From an uncultured virus (IMG/VR IMGVR_UViG_3300050821_004861) (Duplodnaviria; Heunggongvirae; Uroviricota; Caudoviricetes), in the IMG/VR virus record IMGVR_UViG_3300050821_004861: a stretch of 64,000 bases of DNA; one strand, given 5' to 3'. The notes beneath the pieces were generated by a model. The model did not search any database. It was not told where the DNA came from and saw only the letters and a program-made list of their open reading frames with translations. Positions 34,557 to 45,100 of this stretch are shown here, piece by piece. Both the position numbers and the translations under genes were made by a program. How positions within the stretch are numbered: position 1 is the stretch's first letter; each line of letters starts with the position of its first letter.

Positions 34557-35585
34557 ATGGGTAGCGTCAATCCTTCATATACCATTGCCAATCCGTCGTT
34601 CGTTGAACCCGGTATCATTCTCCCTTATGTGCAAGCATCAGGGGCTTTTAGCACTTTGGCCGGAGAAGAACCTCTTGTCAGATTGGGAGATGGAGACCTT
34701 TATGTTTATATGAAGCGTCTCGACGTTCGCACGCGTATGGCAGCTGGACAGGCTGCTTACAATCAGCTGCCAAGCGTCAGCATTGCTCTGTCGATGATCT
34801 CTACTGCCAGCTACCTTCTCAGGGTGCGCGCGGAATATGATCATCACGATACCGCGGCAATGGGCAATTGGGGCCTTAACATGGTTGAGGCACAACGCCT
34901 TGGCATGAGACAGGGTCATTTCCAACTTGCTCGGAACGCGCTTCTATATGGTATGAATCCTGTTAACGGCGAAGGACTTCTCAACGCACAGGGCGCCACA
35001 GCGGTAACGCTGCCGCCTGATAGCAACGGCAATGATACCGTTGTTACCTATGATAACGGTGAGTTGGGTGTGTGGCTTATCACACAAATTAGCGCGTTGA
35101 AGACATTGACAAACCAACTCGGCATTGGTCGTCACTTTACAATTTTGGGTCCGCAGAGAACTCTAGCGGCGATGGAATATCAAAACATCGTCCAAGTTGT
35201 TCAGTTCCAGCGCGAAGGTGCAGGTTCTGTGTCAACGAAGGGAATGTTTGAAACCGTTCTTGGCAACAACGGTGATACTATTTCCTGGGTTTACGACGAT
35301 ACTTTGATCGGTAAGGGCGTTGGTGGCGGTAACAACGACGTTGTTCTTATTGTCATGCCGGAAGTCAAAAAGCCGGTTGGCAGCAGAATCAACACGAATG
35401 AAATTGCCAAAATCGCGCCTGGCATTGAAGCTTGCACTCTTATGTACGCTGATATGGCTGCACCTCGCGAGATTCCAACTCCTCTCGCCGGCGGCGCCAT
35501 TGACGTGCTTTCTGAGTGGCGCCTCACATCAGGTTGGGGTGTTCGTCCTGAGAGCATTGTTATTGCCACAATGGCGTATGAGTAA
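34557..35585 (+). CDS. major capsid protein
   Basis: Position, size, higher-GC codon use; LLYG...GLLN, SGWGVRPE. Confidence 0.85.
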   Translation: MGSVNPSYTIANPSFVEPGIILPYVQASGAFSTLAGEEPLVRLGDGDLYVYMKRLDVRTRMAAGQAAYNQLPSVSIALSMISTASYLLRVRAEYDHHDTAAMGNWGLNMVEAQRLGMRQGHFQLARNALLYGMNPVNGEGLLNAQGATAVTLPPDSNGNDTVVTYDNGELGVWLITQISALKTLTNQLGIGRHFTILGPQRTLAAMEYQNIVQVVQFQREGAGSVSTKGMFETVLGNNGDTISWVYDDTLIGKGVGGGNNDVVLIVMPEVKKPVGSRINTNEIAKIAPGIEACTLMYADMAAPREIPTPLAGGAIDVLSEWRLTSGWGVRPESIVIATMAYE

Positions 35586-35632
35586 TCTCCAGCTGTAGAG
35601 ATCTTCTTTCTCGAAACTGGACGATCCTGGGA

Positions 35633-35671
35633 GGCCACGGATTGCTACCCCGTGGTCTACCCTTGGTAGCA
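35633..35671 (+). promoter_or_regulatory. putative H-type RNA pseudoknot abutting the RBS of 35683..36246
   Basis: S1 GGCCACGG/CCGTGGTC; S2 TGCTACC/GGTAGCA; loops of 2, 0 and 7 nt. Confidence 0.45.
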
Positions 35672-35682
35672 GGATTAAGCAA

Positions 35683-36246
35683 ATGAAAATGTATATAGCT
35701 AATGGAACACACCAAAACGTAGATTTCCAATATCGTTTGCCTGAATTCAAAAACTATCGAAGGCAAATGATTTCTATTGGTGGACAGATTAAACTGTCTG
35801 GAGAGTTAACTATTGAACAAATTGATATTATTGCACAGTTTCACGCAAAATATGGAATGATTCGAGTTAATGAATTAGATCAATTTAAGGGCTATTTTAT
35901 CCCTTATATCTATTCAATTGATGTTCCTGTCACTGCTGAAAAAATTGTAGAGCTTGTTGAGCGTAATAGAGAAGTTAATAAGAAATTGGGTGAAAAACTA
36001 CGTGCTGAGGCAGCCGTAGCTGTTAATCATCAAATCGAGGAAAATGCTGGAGAGAAACTTACATCATTCGAAATGGAAATTACTGAGAAACAAACTAAGG
36101 ATCGTGACCCAGAAATTGAAGAAAAAATCGTTATCACTCGCTCCAAAGAGCGAGGCGCGCCTCAAGATCCTAATGAAAGGAGTACGTTGGGTGGAATTGT
36201 GACTGATCTATTTCGTACACAACAGCCAAAAAGATCAGTATTTTAA
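35683..36246 (+). CDS. head-associated hypothetical protein
   Basis: MKMYIANGT.Q..DF.YR start; follows the MCP. Confidence 0.65.
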   Translation: MKMYIANGTHQNVDFQYRLPEFKNYRRQMISIGGQIKLSGELTIEQIDIIAQFHAKYGMIRVNELDQFKGYFIPYIYSIDVPVTAEKIVELVERNREVNKKLGEKLRAEAAVAVNHQIEENAGEKLTSFEMEITEKQTKDRDPEIEEKIVITRSKERGAPQDPNERSTLGGIVTDLFRTQQPKRSVF

Positions 36247-36725
36247 TGACTTTACCTTCTCCGCCAGATATAGATGACTATACTACTTGGGTCTATACTG
36301 TTATGGGCGTGCCTGAATCTGTGTTGCCGCCTGATAGTATCTATATTCAACTATCTTATGATTTAGCTTTAGAAATGGTTAATAGATTTATTTATTGTGC
36401 ATCACCCGGTGTTTATACCATTGCAGTCTATAATCTTGCTGGATATTATTTAGTAATGATTGCACAAGATAATCCAAATGCTGTTCCACCTCCAGCTAAT
36501 GCTGCTACATATTGGACTGATTTACGAACAAGTTTGAATCTTAATAGCTTTATTCCAGGTCTTGTTGATAATGCTGCTGATCAAGGAACAAGTGCTGGAA
36601 TAAAATTGCTTGCAAGTATGGAGAATTTAACCATTTCTGATTTGCAAATGTTGAAAACTCCTTGGGGTCGTGTCTATTTGGGTATCGCACAAAGTGTTGG
36701 TTCTTTGTGGGGATTAACACTCTAA
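36246..36725 (+). CDS. head-tail adaptor (DUF4054-like)
   Basis: AVYNLA, AADQGTS, KTPWGRVYL. Confidence 0.7.
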   Translation: MTLPSPPDIDDYTTWVYTVMGVPESVLPPDSIYIQLSYDLALEMVNRFIYCASPGVYTIAVYNLAGYYLVMIAQDNPNAVPPPANAATYWTDLRTSLNLNSFIPGLVDNAADQGTSAGIKLLASMENLTISDLQMLKTPWGRVYLGIAQSVGSLWGLTL

Positions 36726-36982
36726 TGCCATCTGCGATTAAATATCCTAATGACAGAACAAATCCTGCTGGAGCAATTCCAGTGTTCTTGTCAGCAAGTC
36801 CTAAAGCAATTCCAATTCAGATATTTGCTGGCGCAACTGGTAGAAATTTTGGTCCTATACCAGTTAGGATAGTAGCAGGACCAGGAACGCCTCCTTTTGG
36901 TAACGATCAAGGCGTCGATAATAATGCAATTCCAGTTTATGAATCTACAGCGGCTAATGCCATGCCCGTTTGGAGTGTCTGA
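36725..36982 (+). CDS. virion protein with AIPV repeats
   Basis: GAIPVF/GPIPVR/NAIPVY/AMPVW repeats. Confidence 0.55.
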   Translation: MPSAIKYPNDRTNPAGAIPVFLSASPKAIPIQIFAGATGRNFGPIPVRIVAGPGTPPFGNDQGVDNNAIPVYESTAANAMPVWSV

Positions 36983-37290
36983 TGCCATTTAGCCCAGGTC
37001 CAGGCCGTGACGGCGGCATAGGTTATTATGAACATAAAACTATGAGTGTAGGCCCAGCAGGTCCTCCAGGTCCAGCAGGTCCAGCAGGTCCTCCAGGTCC
37101 AGAAGGACCCCAAGGTCCGCAAGGTGAACCAGGTCCAGAGGGGCCTCAAGGTCCGCAAGGCGATCCAGGTCCAGAAGGTCAAATAGGTCCAGAAGGTCCA
37201 GCAGGAGTTGATGGACTTGAAGATGCACCCAATGATGGGCAAATGTACGCGCGACAAGCTGGCGCATGGGTAGTTATTACTACCCCATAG
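36982..37290 (+). CDS. collagen-like protein with a foldon-like C-terminus
   Basis: About 19 GXY triplets followed by [18 protein letters not shown] (T4 fibritin foldon-like). Confidence 0.75.
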   Translation: MPFSPGPGRDGGIGYYEHKTMSVGPAGPPGPAGPAGPPGPEGPQGPQGEPGPEGPQGPQGDPGPEGQIGPEGPAGVDGLEDAPNDGQMYARQAGAWVVITTP

Positions 37291-37299
37291 GAGTATCAA

Positions 37300-37671
37300 A
37301 TGCCGCAATATCCGCTCGTAATGAGTCCTGAGAGAGCAGCCAAATTGTGGCATATTGAAGTTGCGGAACCTCCGCCAACTTCTCCTCCTGTCAATGTTGA
37401 TGTGCCTGCTCTATTTGTGACAAGCGGATCAGGGCATGTTGGAGATACTGTAGAATGTACGCATGGAAATTGGAATAATATGGGTGATTTAGTTGATACT
37501 TATGTTTGGCAGTGGCGCCGCAATGGGATTAATTTTGGTGTTCCTGCATCAGTTGGAACACGTACTCTTGTAGCTGGTGATAGTGGAACTACTGTGACTT
37601 GTGTAGTTTCAGCTACAAATACTATTGGTACTACAGCAGCGCCACCATCTAATGGAATTGTCGTTCCTTAA
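37300..37671 (+). CDS. Ig-like domain virion protein
   Basis: VGDTV.C..GNW...Y.WQW.R...D.G.TVTC.V.ATN. Confidence 0.65.
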   Translation: MPQYPLVMSPERAAKLWHIEVAEPPPTSPPVNVDVPALFVTSGSGHVGDTVECTHGNWNNMGDLVDTYVWQWRRNGINFGVPASVGTRTLVAGDSGTTVTCVVSATNTIGTTAAPPSNGIVVP

Positions 37672-37678
37672 GGAGAAG

Positions 37679-37879
37679 ATGATGCCACAACACCTTCTAA
37701 AAGTGAGCGCAGCTTATGCCAAATCGTTTTTTGGCACAGTTATTGGTGCTGTTCCGTCACCTTCTTCTGAAAAGGAAGGTTCTACTTTGCCTGCTCCAAA
37801 AGCAAAAATTATTCGCACTGGAGGTAATATTCCTCCAATAGTACAGCCAAAAGAACCTCCTGAGAAAGATTTATTCTAG
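37679..37879 (+). CDS. hypothetical protein
   Basis: AGGAG RBS. Confidence 0.45.
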   Translation: MMPQHLLKVSAAYAKSFFGTVIGAVPSPSSEKEGSTLPAPKAKIIRTGGNIPPIVQPKEPPEKDLF

Positions 37880-38385
37880 TGGCTGCAAGAGATATTGTCA
37901 TACATATGGGGTTTTTAAATACCCCATATACATCGAAGAATATGAGAAATGCTAAAGCTGCTGTTTTAGCTCATGAAGCAAAGCGACGTAGTAGCGCAGG
38001 TCCAAGTAGAAATGCTGAGAATATAGCTGGTATATTAGAAAATAAATATGGAATTGTTGGTACATTTTTAGATGTTCATGGAGAAGCTATTGATGAATTA
38101 GTTACTGAAACATTTGAGAATTATGTGGTAGATGTTTTAACTCAAGTTAAAAAACCTACCAGCGCTAGAATGGCAGAATTTATGAATTCTAGGACAAATA
38201 AAATTGAAAAATTATTTAGAAGTTTTATTCATAACGAAGAAATGAACGGTATGGTAGATGGTGTTCCTACTAAAGCTTCAAAAGGCAAAAAGCGAAAACG
38301 TGGTATAAGCACTCCAAAAAGACCTTCTTTTGAAAGATCTGGTATTTATCGAGCATCATTTAGATGCTGGGCAGACATTAAATGA
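37879..38385 (+). CDS. neck/tail-completion protein
   Basis: A.ILENKYGI, RPSF..SG.Y.ASF..W. Confidence 0.6.
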   Translation: MAARDIVIHMGFLNTPYTSKNMRNAKAAVLAHEAKRRSSAGPSRNAENIAGILENKYGIVGTFLDVHGEAIDELVTETFENYVVDVLTQVKKPTSARMAEFMNSRTNKIEKLFRSFIHNEEMNGMVDGVPTKASKGKKRKRGISTPKRPSFERSGIYRASFRCWADIK

Positions 38386-39455
38386 CTACTATTAATGAAG
38401 CAATTAATAGTAATACAAAACCACCTCTTGGTGCTATACTTGAGGCAGGTGTTAATACACTTGATGCAAATCAAACAATTACTTTCACACTTTATAAAAG
38501 AATAGTTCTTCCATTAGATGGATTTATTTTTTGGGTTAATATGAATGTGGCACATCCAAGTGTAGGTGATCCTCCAACTACATTAAACATTCAAGGAGCA
38601 TTACATTATTCAGTAGAAACTGAACAAGAACAAGAATCAACTATTTCTCTGAATACTGTTGTATTTACAGCGTTAACCCAGGTAGACACATTTAATCAAA
38701 TTAATCCTCAATTTATGTATCTGGCTAATTATAAAGGAATTCGTTTTTCATTTAGTTCACAAGGTAAATATTTTCAACAGGCAGATTTATATCATTATTT
38801 GGGAGTTGCTGTTACTTCTATTATGAGTACCCAAATTATAGATGATATTGATGTTTTAAACTCTTTAGCAAATAAGTTGATAATTACAAATTCTTTGCCA
38901 ATTTGGTTATCGTTTGCAACTTATATGCCAGATTACACTGGCGGTCCTATTTGTCCAATTAAAAATATATTTCCTTCATTTCTTGTTCCAGATAATCAAC
39001 CGCCTCCATATGCTGCAATTCATATAGAAGAATCAAAAGCATTGCAAGCTTTTCCACTAATTAGTGGAACTAGTATGAGTTCCCAATTAGTTTGTGATAC
39101 TGTTGAAGTTACTACATATGGAGTAGCTAATAACGATATGATTGGTTTTTTAAATTTTGTTGTTCAATATAGCATGGAAGTAGGTTTGTTTGGTATTATG
39201 AATATGCCAATTATACTTGATGAAAAACACGCACAAGCTGAATTAAGTGCCATAGCTCAGAAAAAGACGATTGAATTTAAGATTTCTTATCTCCAAACAT
39301 TATCTTCAGATCCAGGTCTGACACGTCAACTTATTAAACATGCGCTTGTAGATATTGATGTTTGGGATACCGCCAACACGGTGGGGAACAAGAGAGCGCA
39401 TGTGGCGCCTCAAGACAAGGTTTGTATTCAAGGAGCGTCTTCACCTCTACCTTAA
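38382..39455 (+). CDS. head-closure/tail-terminator type protein
   Basis: Position; VLPLDG.IFWV, NSLPIWL, PSFLVP.N. Confidence 0.6.
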   Translation: MTTINEAINSNTKPPLGAILEAGVNTLDANQTITFTLYKRIVLPLDGFIFWVNMNVAHPSVGDPPTTLNIQGALHYSVETEQEQESTISLNTVVFTALTQVDTFNQINPQFMYLANYKGIRFSFSSQGKYFQQADLYHYLGVAVTSIMSTQIIDDIDVLNSLANKLIITNSLPIWLSFATYMPDYTGGPICPIKNIFPSFLVPDNQPPPYAAIHIEESKALQAFPLISGTSMSSQLVCDTVEVTTYGVANNDMIGFLNFVVQYSMEVGLFGIMNMPIILDEKHAQAELSAIAQKKTIEFKISYLQTLSSDPGLTRQLIKHALVDIDVWDTANTVGNKRAHVAPQDKVCIQGASSPLP

Positions 39456-39475
39456 TCCGTTCTGAGGAGCATGTT

Positions 39476-40933
39476 ATGTATCAAGACCCAAACTCTATCG
39501 TCAATGTGCAAGTTTCAACTATTCTTGCGCCTTATCCTGCGACGCTTCAGCAAACTGGTGCTATTGTGTCCTTTGGAGGAACTAATATTCTTCCAAATTC
39601 TCGGACATTTTTGACACAGTTTACTGATCTTAAGCCATTGCTAAATCCTGCTGCTTCTGGTAAGGTTACCAGTGCAACTTTTGCAACAGGTGTTATTACA
39701 TATAATATTGATGGAGAATTGCCTACATATGCCACTACTGGAACAACTTTGAAGTTATCACTTACTGGTATAGTTCCGAACGCTTACAATGGCGTTTTCG
39801 ATGCAACTGTGGTAACTCCAACGAGCTTTACTGTTCCTGCCGTGACAGATCCTGGTGCAATGACAACTCCTGGTACATGGCAATTGAATGCTGTTTCCCA
39901 GCTTAATGCTCAAGTTGCTACGTTCTTTAGACAAGGAACTGCTGTTGGCATTTGGCTTCTGGAACTTGGTTATCAGCCTATATTCGATACTGAAGTCGCA
40001 GCTCTAGCTGATTGGCTAACTACAAGTCCAGGTTCGTTCTATGGGTATCTTCTTCCAGATTATTGGGGAACTCCTGCGAACCTTGCGCCTGATGGTCCTG
40101 TCATTGAGTTGTTCCAACAGTATGTTAATCCAGAAGCAATGACTTATTTTTGGGTTACACTTAGTGGTCTTAACGCTGTTGGTTTAATCGACAAGACCAA
40201 TAAGTCTGTTATCCAGATGATGGAAGCGCCAGGTGTTCAAGCTGCTAGAGCGGCAGCAGCGCCTGGAACATTTGCTGAATTTTCACTTGCTGGAATGTTT
40301 TATTGGGCGATGCGTTTCCGCGCTACTGCGGTGACTAGAGTGTCGCCGATGTGCTTCAAGTACATTTATGGCGTTACTCCTTACCCAGTTCCGAATAATG
40401 GACCTACTCTTAGCAGCTTCAAGACTAACTGCATCAACTATATCCAAACTGGAGCGCAGGGAGGCATTTCCTACACCAATGTGTATCAGGGCGTTACTGC
40501 CGATGGGTTCGACTACTTCAATTGGTGGTGGACTATCGACTGGGTCCAAATCAATGTTAATCTCAATATCGCTAATGCCGTTATCAACGGCTCGAACAAT
40601 CCAACTTCGCCTCTGTACTATAACCAGGTCGGTGTTTCTCAATTGCAAGGTGTTCTTGCGAGAACCATGCTTACTGGTAACCAGTATGGGATGGTTAACG
40701 GGCCAGTTATTCAATCTCAACTTGGTCCGGCCGATTTGTCAGATGCCATCAGTGCTGGAGCTTATGCGGCAGTATGCAATGTCAATGCAGTTCCGTTTGC
40801 CACTTATACTGCATTGAATCCTGCCGATTACGGTACAGGTGAATATGACGGATTGAGCACCCTATTCATCCCGGCTCGTGGTTTTGTCCACATTCTTGTA
40901 ACAGTTGTAGCGACCAATATCGTTACGCTGTAA
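39476..40933 (+). CDS. tail sheath protein
   Basis: GAGGAG RBS; IDWVQIN, NAVINGSNNP..PLYYNQ.G; precedes the tube. Confidence 0.8.
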   Translation: MYQDPNSIVNVQVSTILAPYPATLQQTGAIVSFGGTNILPNSRTFLTQFTDLKPLLNPAASGKVTSATFATGVITYNIDGELPTYATTGTTLKLSLTGIVPNAYNGVFDATVVTPTSFTVPAVTDPGAMTTPGTWQLNAVSQLNAQVATFFRQGTAVGIWLLELGYQPIFDTEVAALADWLTTSPGSFYGYLLPDYWGTPANLAPDGPVIELFQQYVNPEAMTYFWVTLSGLNAVGLIDKTNKSVIQMMEAPGVQAARAAAAPGTFAEFSLAGMFYWAMRFRATAVTRVSPMCFKYIYGVTPYPVPNNGPTLSSFKTNCINYIQTGAQGGISYTNVYQGVTADGFDYFNWWWTIDWVQINVNLNIANAVINGSNNPTSPLYYNQVGVSQLQGVLARTMLTGNQYGMVNGPVIQSQLGPADLSDAISAGAYAAVCNVNAVPFATYTALNPADYGTGEYDGLSTLFIPARGFVHILVTVVATNIVTL

Positions 40934-40964
40934 AATATAGAGGTTTTTGAGATAGGAGAGAACG

Positions 40965-41444
40965 ATGGCCGCTGGTAATCTAAATGTGCCGCAGGGCGTA
41001 CTCAATAGAGTAGCGGCTCTCGTCACCTTCGACAATGGTTATTTGTTTCCAGTCACTCCCTACCTTTTGGGTAGGGAGGGTATCAGACTGACTCTTGAGG
41101 GAAATGCCACAGATTATTTCCCGACAATGACAGGTGCTGTTCCTTCCCCAGCACCTTTTCAAATTGCTACGTTGACAATTGCGTTGCTTAAGTCGCAGCC
41201 GCAATCAGATCAAGTCAAAGGCCAATTTGAGAATAATACGCTTTTGGGACAAATTACAATAACCCCAGATGTTTCTGCTATTGCCAACGCTTTTGTCAAC
41301 GGCCAAGGTGTTTTGGGTAAATATGTTCTTTTGAACTGTGTCCTTGAAAGTGTAAATGCAATGTCATTTGCTGGAGAGGAGCCTACCTACGTTGTGACGA
41401 TTAAAGGTTACTACGAGGTGAATGCGTTTATGTTCAATACGTAA
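40965..41444 (+). CDS. tail tube protein
   Basis: 159 aa after the sheath; PQGVLNR, TMTG.V.SP.P. Confidence 0.75.
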   Translation: MAAGNLNVPQGVLNRVAALVTFDNGYLFPVTPYLLGREGIRLTLEGNATDYFPTMTGAVPSPAPFQIATLTIALLKSQPQSDQVKGQFENNTLLGQITITPDVSAIANAFVNGQGVLGKYVLLNCVLESVNAMSFAGEEPTYVVTIKGYYEVNAFMFNT

Positions 41445-41468
41445 CAATCAAAAGGTAGCAGGTAGCAA

Positions 41469-42074
41469 ATGGCTAGCATCACTATCAACAAAAAACTAAA
41501 TTTGGTTCTTCCGCTGGAGGTCGATGGCAACAAGATGTGGGTTCATTCTACACCCATATCGAGAGAGGTTTTTGAAGCAAATTATATGCTCTTTGTCAGG
41601 ACTTTGTCCAACCTCTATTTTAATGGGGTTGGTCCAGGCATGGCTCCACGTGTTGCTGCTCTTGCATTGAAAGATATGGCAAAAGAAATTGATGATAAAA
41701 CTGACATTACTATTCCTGTTATTCAAGAAATATATCGTCTCACGTACGTATTGATGGTAGATCCTGCGACTAATAAATGGACTTCAAAATCTTTTATTGA
41801 AGTAAAAATGAAAAATCTTCTTGATGATGATGTTATTAGAGAGGTTGAAAATGCTCTTGTTTATTTTATTGTAGCCTCGGCAATTCATCTAAGGAGCGAA
41901 CTGCCGTCGATAATGGTAGGTTTAAATGCAATTTGGGATGCGGAAACTTCATCATTGAGCGCTATGGATTACGCCAATTCGTTGACGACATCGAGTCCAG
42001 ACGAGAATATTGGAAAGAACCCACAACCGACCCAGAATGTTTCGGTTCAGAAAGTATCGTCAATTCCATCCTAA
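41469..42074 (+). CDS. tail assembly chaperone
   Basis: Between tube and tape measure. An overlapping -1 frame ORF runs to 42160. Confidence 0.65.
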   Translation: MASITINKKLNLVLPLEVDGNKMWVHSTPISREVFEANYMLFVRTLSNLYFNGVGPGMAPRVAALALKDMAKEIDDKTDITIPVIQEIYRLTYVLMVDPATNKWTSKSFIEVKMKNLLDDDVIREVENALVYFIVASAIHLRSELPSIMVGLNAIWDAETSSLSAMDYANSLTTSSPDENIGKNPQPTQNVSVQKVSSIPS

Positions 42075-42162
42075 ATTGGATAATAGGCGAAGGCTTTCGT
42101 GATTTTATGTGGCAATATAATTCTGACTATAAAACAGTTCATGACTATAGACGGAGATAGTC

Positions 42163-45100
42163 TTGGCAGCTAAGGGCAAATCAGAAGTAGATCTAAATAT
42201 CAAATCTAATATTGATACTGTGCTTGCCAAGCTAGCGCAGCTTGAAGCTTCTTTGGAAAGAATTGACAGAAAAAATAAGTCAAGTAAACCTATTTATGAG
42301 CCAAAATATGGCCCACATGTACCAACATCTATTAGAAATCCAGAAACTGGTAGATTTCAAAGAAATCCGGAATATCAACCTTCTTGGGCAGCATATCGAA
42401 AACAATTTAGAGATCCTGATGTAAGAGTTGATACTCGGACTTCTTATCAGAAAGCTGAAGAATTTTATGCTGCGAAAAGGAGAGAACAACCCAGACGCGG
42501 ATCTGCATGGGAGAAATTTGAGAAAGCTCAATGGCAACCTCCCGGTGCAGTTGATAAAGCCAAATCTGGTGGCATAACAACTCCTGGATCTCCAGCTTAT
42601 AATGCTTTCAATTATCGAGTTAAAAAGGAACAATATGATTTCTATCATCGAGAAAACATAACAGCCAGGGTTGCTGGTGGCGCAGCAAAGGGCTTATATT
42701 CATTTGCAACTGGAGGAGGTTTAAGTGGATTAGTATCACCTATCGTTAGAGAATTACAAGGCAGAAGTGGAAGTGGCGGAGGTGGTTTTCTAGGTAATGC
42801 TATCACAAGTGCCGCTTTAATGAGAGGTGGCGGTAGACGTGGCGGAGGCGGAGGTGGTGCAGCCGCTGCTGAGGAAGGCGCTGAAGGCGCTAGCGCAGCT
42901 GAAGGAGTAGCTGGCAACGCACTAGGTGCTGGTCTTTGGGCAGCAATGCCTTTACCAGTTAAAATTGTCAGTGTAGCAGCAACTGCTGTTGGAGCAACAG
43001 CTTTTGCACTGGACAAAATGTCTCGCGATGTTACTGGCAGAGCCAGAACAGCAGGAGGTGTTGGCGCATCTCTAGGAGGATTTGAAGCATTCGATAAAAC
43101 TGCTCAAAGGCTTGTTGATCCTAAAAACTTTATGGGTATGATGGCTGAGGCTAAATTTGACCTTACATCAGACTCATATAGAGCGATGTTGAGTTTAGGT
43201 ATTGATCCTAAAAAGTATAAAACTACTGATGAAATGGCTATTGCCGCGCTTCCAAAAGTTCAAAACTTTTTACAAGGATTCAAAGGTAAAGAAGGAACCA
43301 TGCTTCCTATGGCACAGGCTTTTGGCCTAGGCGGTATGGGAAGCGAGGATATGATTAGATTATTTGGCGGTGAACCAGCAGATATGAAGAAATTAATGGG
43401 TACCGCTGCTGAACAAAAAGACACATTAGATTTAACTAAAGATCAAATTACAGCTTATCAAGATCTTGTTACCAACATTGACTTAGCTTCTACTGCTTTA
43501 AAGACATGGGCTGAACGCATGGCTTCTGGGGCGCTCCCAGGATACGATACAATCCAAGAAATGTTGAAACGTCAAGAAGGTTTGATTACAGTAGATACAA
43601 CACAACCAAAAACACAACCCAATTTTGGTGGCGGAGGTCCGCTTATTCAAACTAGGCCTGGTGATAAACCGTTTAGTTTTCCTGTGCCAGATTGGATGAA
43701 ACCATCCGATATTACTCCTGATATGCAAGTTCCAGAATATACTGGTCCTGGTGCTACACTCCATTCTCCACATAACAATCCTCCGCTTGAGAGTGAAATT
43801 CAAGGTAGCGGTGCTGTAGATGAAGGAGGTGGCAAAGTTCTTGGTGGAGTTACTAGAGTTAGTATATTTAGTCCAAAAATTGCAAAATTGAATAAAGATG
43901 TTATTGATACAACTAAGAGTTTGGCAGAATTTAATGAACAACTTCTTAGAGGCTCACGCATTATGGTGGGAGGCTCTGGTCAATATTTAGCTTCTAATTT
44001 TGGACAAGGTGCGGCTCCTGGAGGCGGTGGCGGTGGAGGTGGCGGACTAGAGAGTGGCGCTGCTCCACGTTATTCTTCCGGTGGAATTGGCGATACAGCA
44101 ATGCCAAGAACTCTTGGCGAAGGTACTATTGGCAAGGGTAGCGGCATTTCCAGTAGTGGTCTTGATGGTGGAAAATATACAGGAGGAACTGAATCAAACA
44201 CAATAAATACCAATGCACCAGAAATATCTCAACTTCCTGGTGATAAAATATGGGGTGATTACGGTACGCGCGCAAATAATCCTGGTAATTTGAACTATGC
44301 TAGTTGGGAAGGTGCAGCCAGCAAATATAGCTATCGCGATCCACAAACTGGTGGAATGCACACCATGGGTGTGTTTAAGACTATGCCAGAAGGTGTGGCA
44401 GCAGCATATAAATTGTTGATTCGTAATCAAGCCAAAAATGGTAAAACACTTCAAGGAGCACTTAAAGGATGGGCTGAAAATGGATATATTGGTCCATTAG
44501 CAAAAAGTTTAGGAGTTGATCCTAACGATACATATGATCTTTCTACAGCTGATCCAGAAAAAGTTGCTAGTATGTTGGAGCAACAATTTAAACGTGAGGG
44601 TAGAAAAGGCTCACATACTGCAACTCACGAACAAATTCTAGCTGGAATTAATCTTGGTCGAGGAAAAGGTACAGGCGAAGTTGGTAGTACCGGTACTGGT
44701 GATGGAAAAGCTACTGGTGGCGCTCCAGAGGCGAATTTTGGTGTTAAAGATAGTGACGATGTTTTAGATCATTTAAAATCTGCTCGTGATAAGGGGTTGA
44801 TAACTAATGAACAATGTGTTTCATTAGCTACAGCTTCTGTTGGAATCAAACTAGGTAGCGGCCAAAAAGGTGCTTGGACAAGTACTTGGCGTAAAGGAGA
44901 ATCAGCAGCAGAAGGTGGCTTAGTTAAAGGAACTCCCATAGCTACTTTTGCTGGTTTGCACGGAGAGCAAAATCAAAATATTTATGCAGGTGGTACCGGT
45001 GGTAGACCCAAAGTTGGTCTTGATCATGCTGCTGTATTTGAAAGTTATATTAAAGATAGAAATGGAAAAATTATTGGTATGAATGTCGCTGATCAATGGG

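Noticed and set aside
35588..35621. CTGTAGA...GAAA hairpin as a hammerhead
   Set aside because: The core is CUGUAGA rather than CUGANGA, and the flanks pair with each other with no third stem or NUH site.
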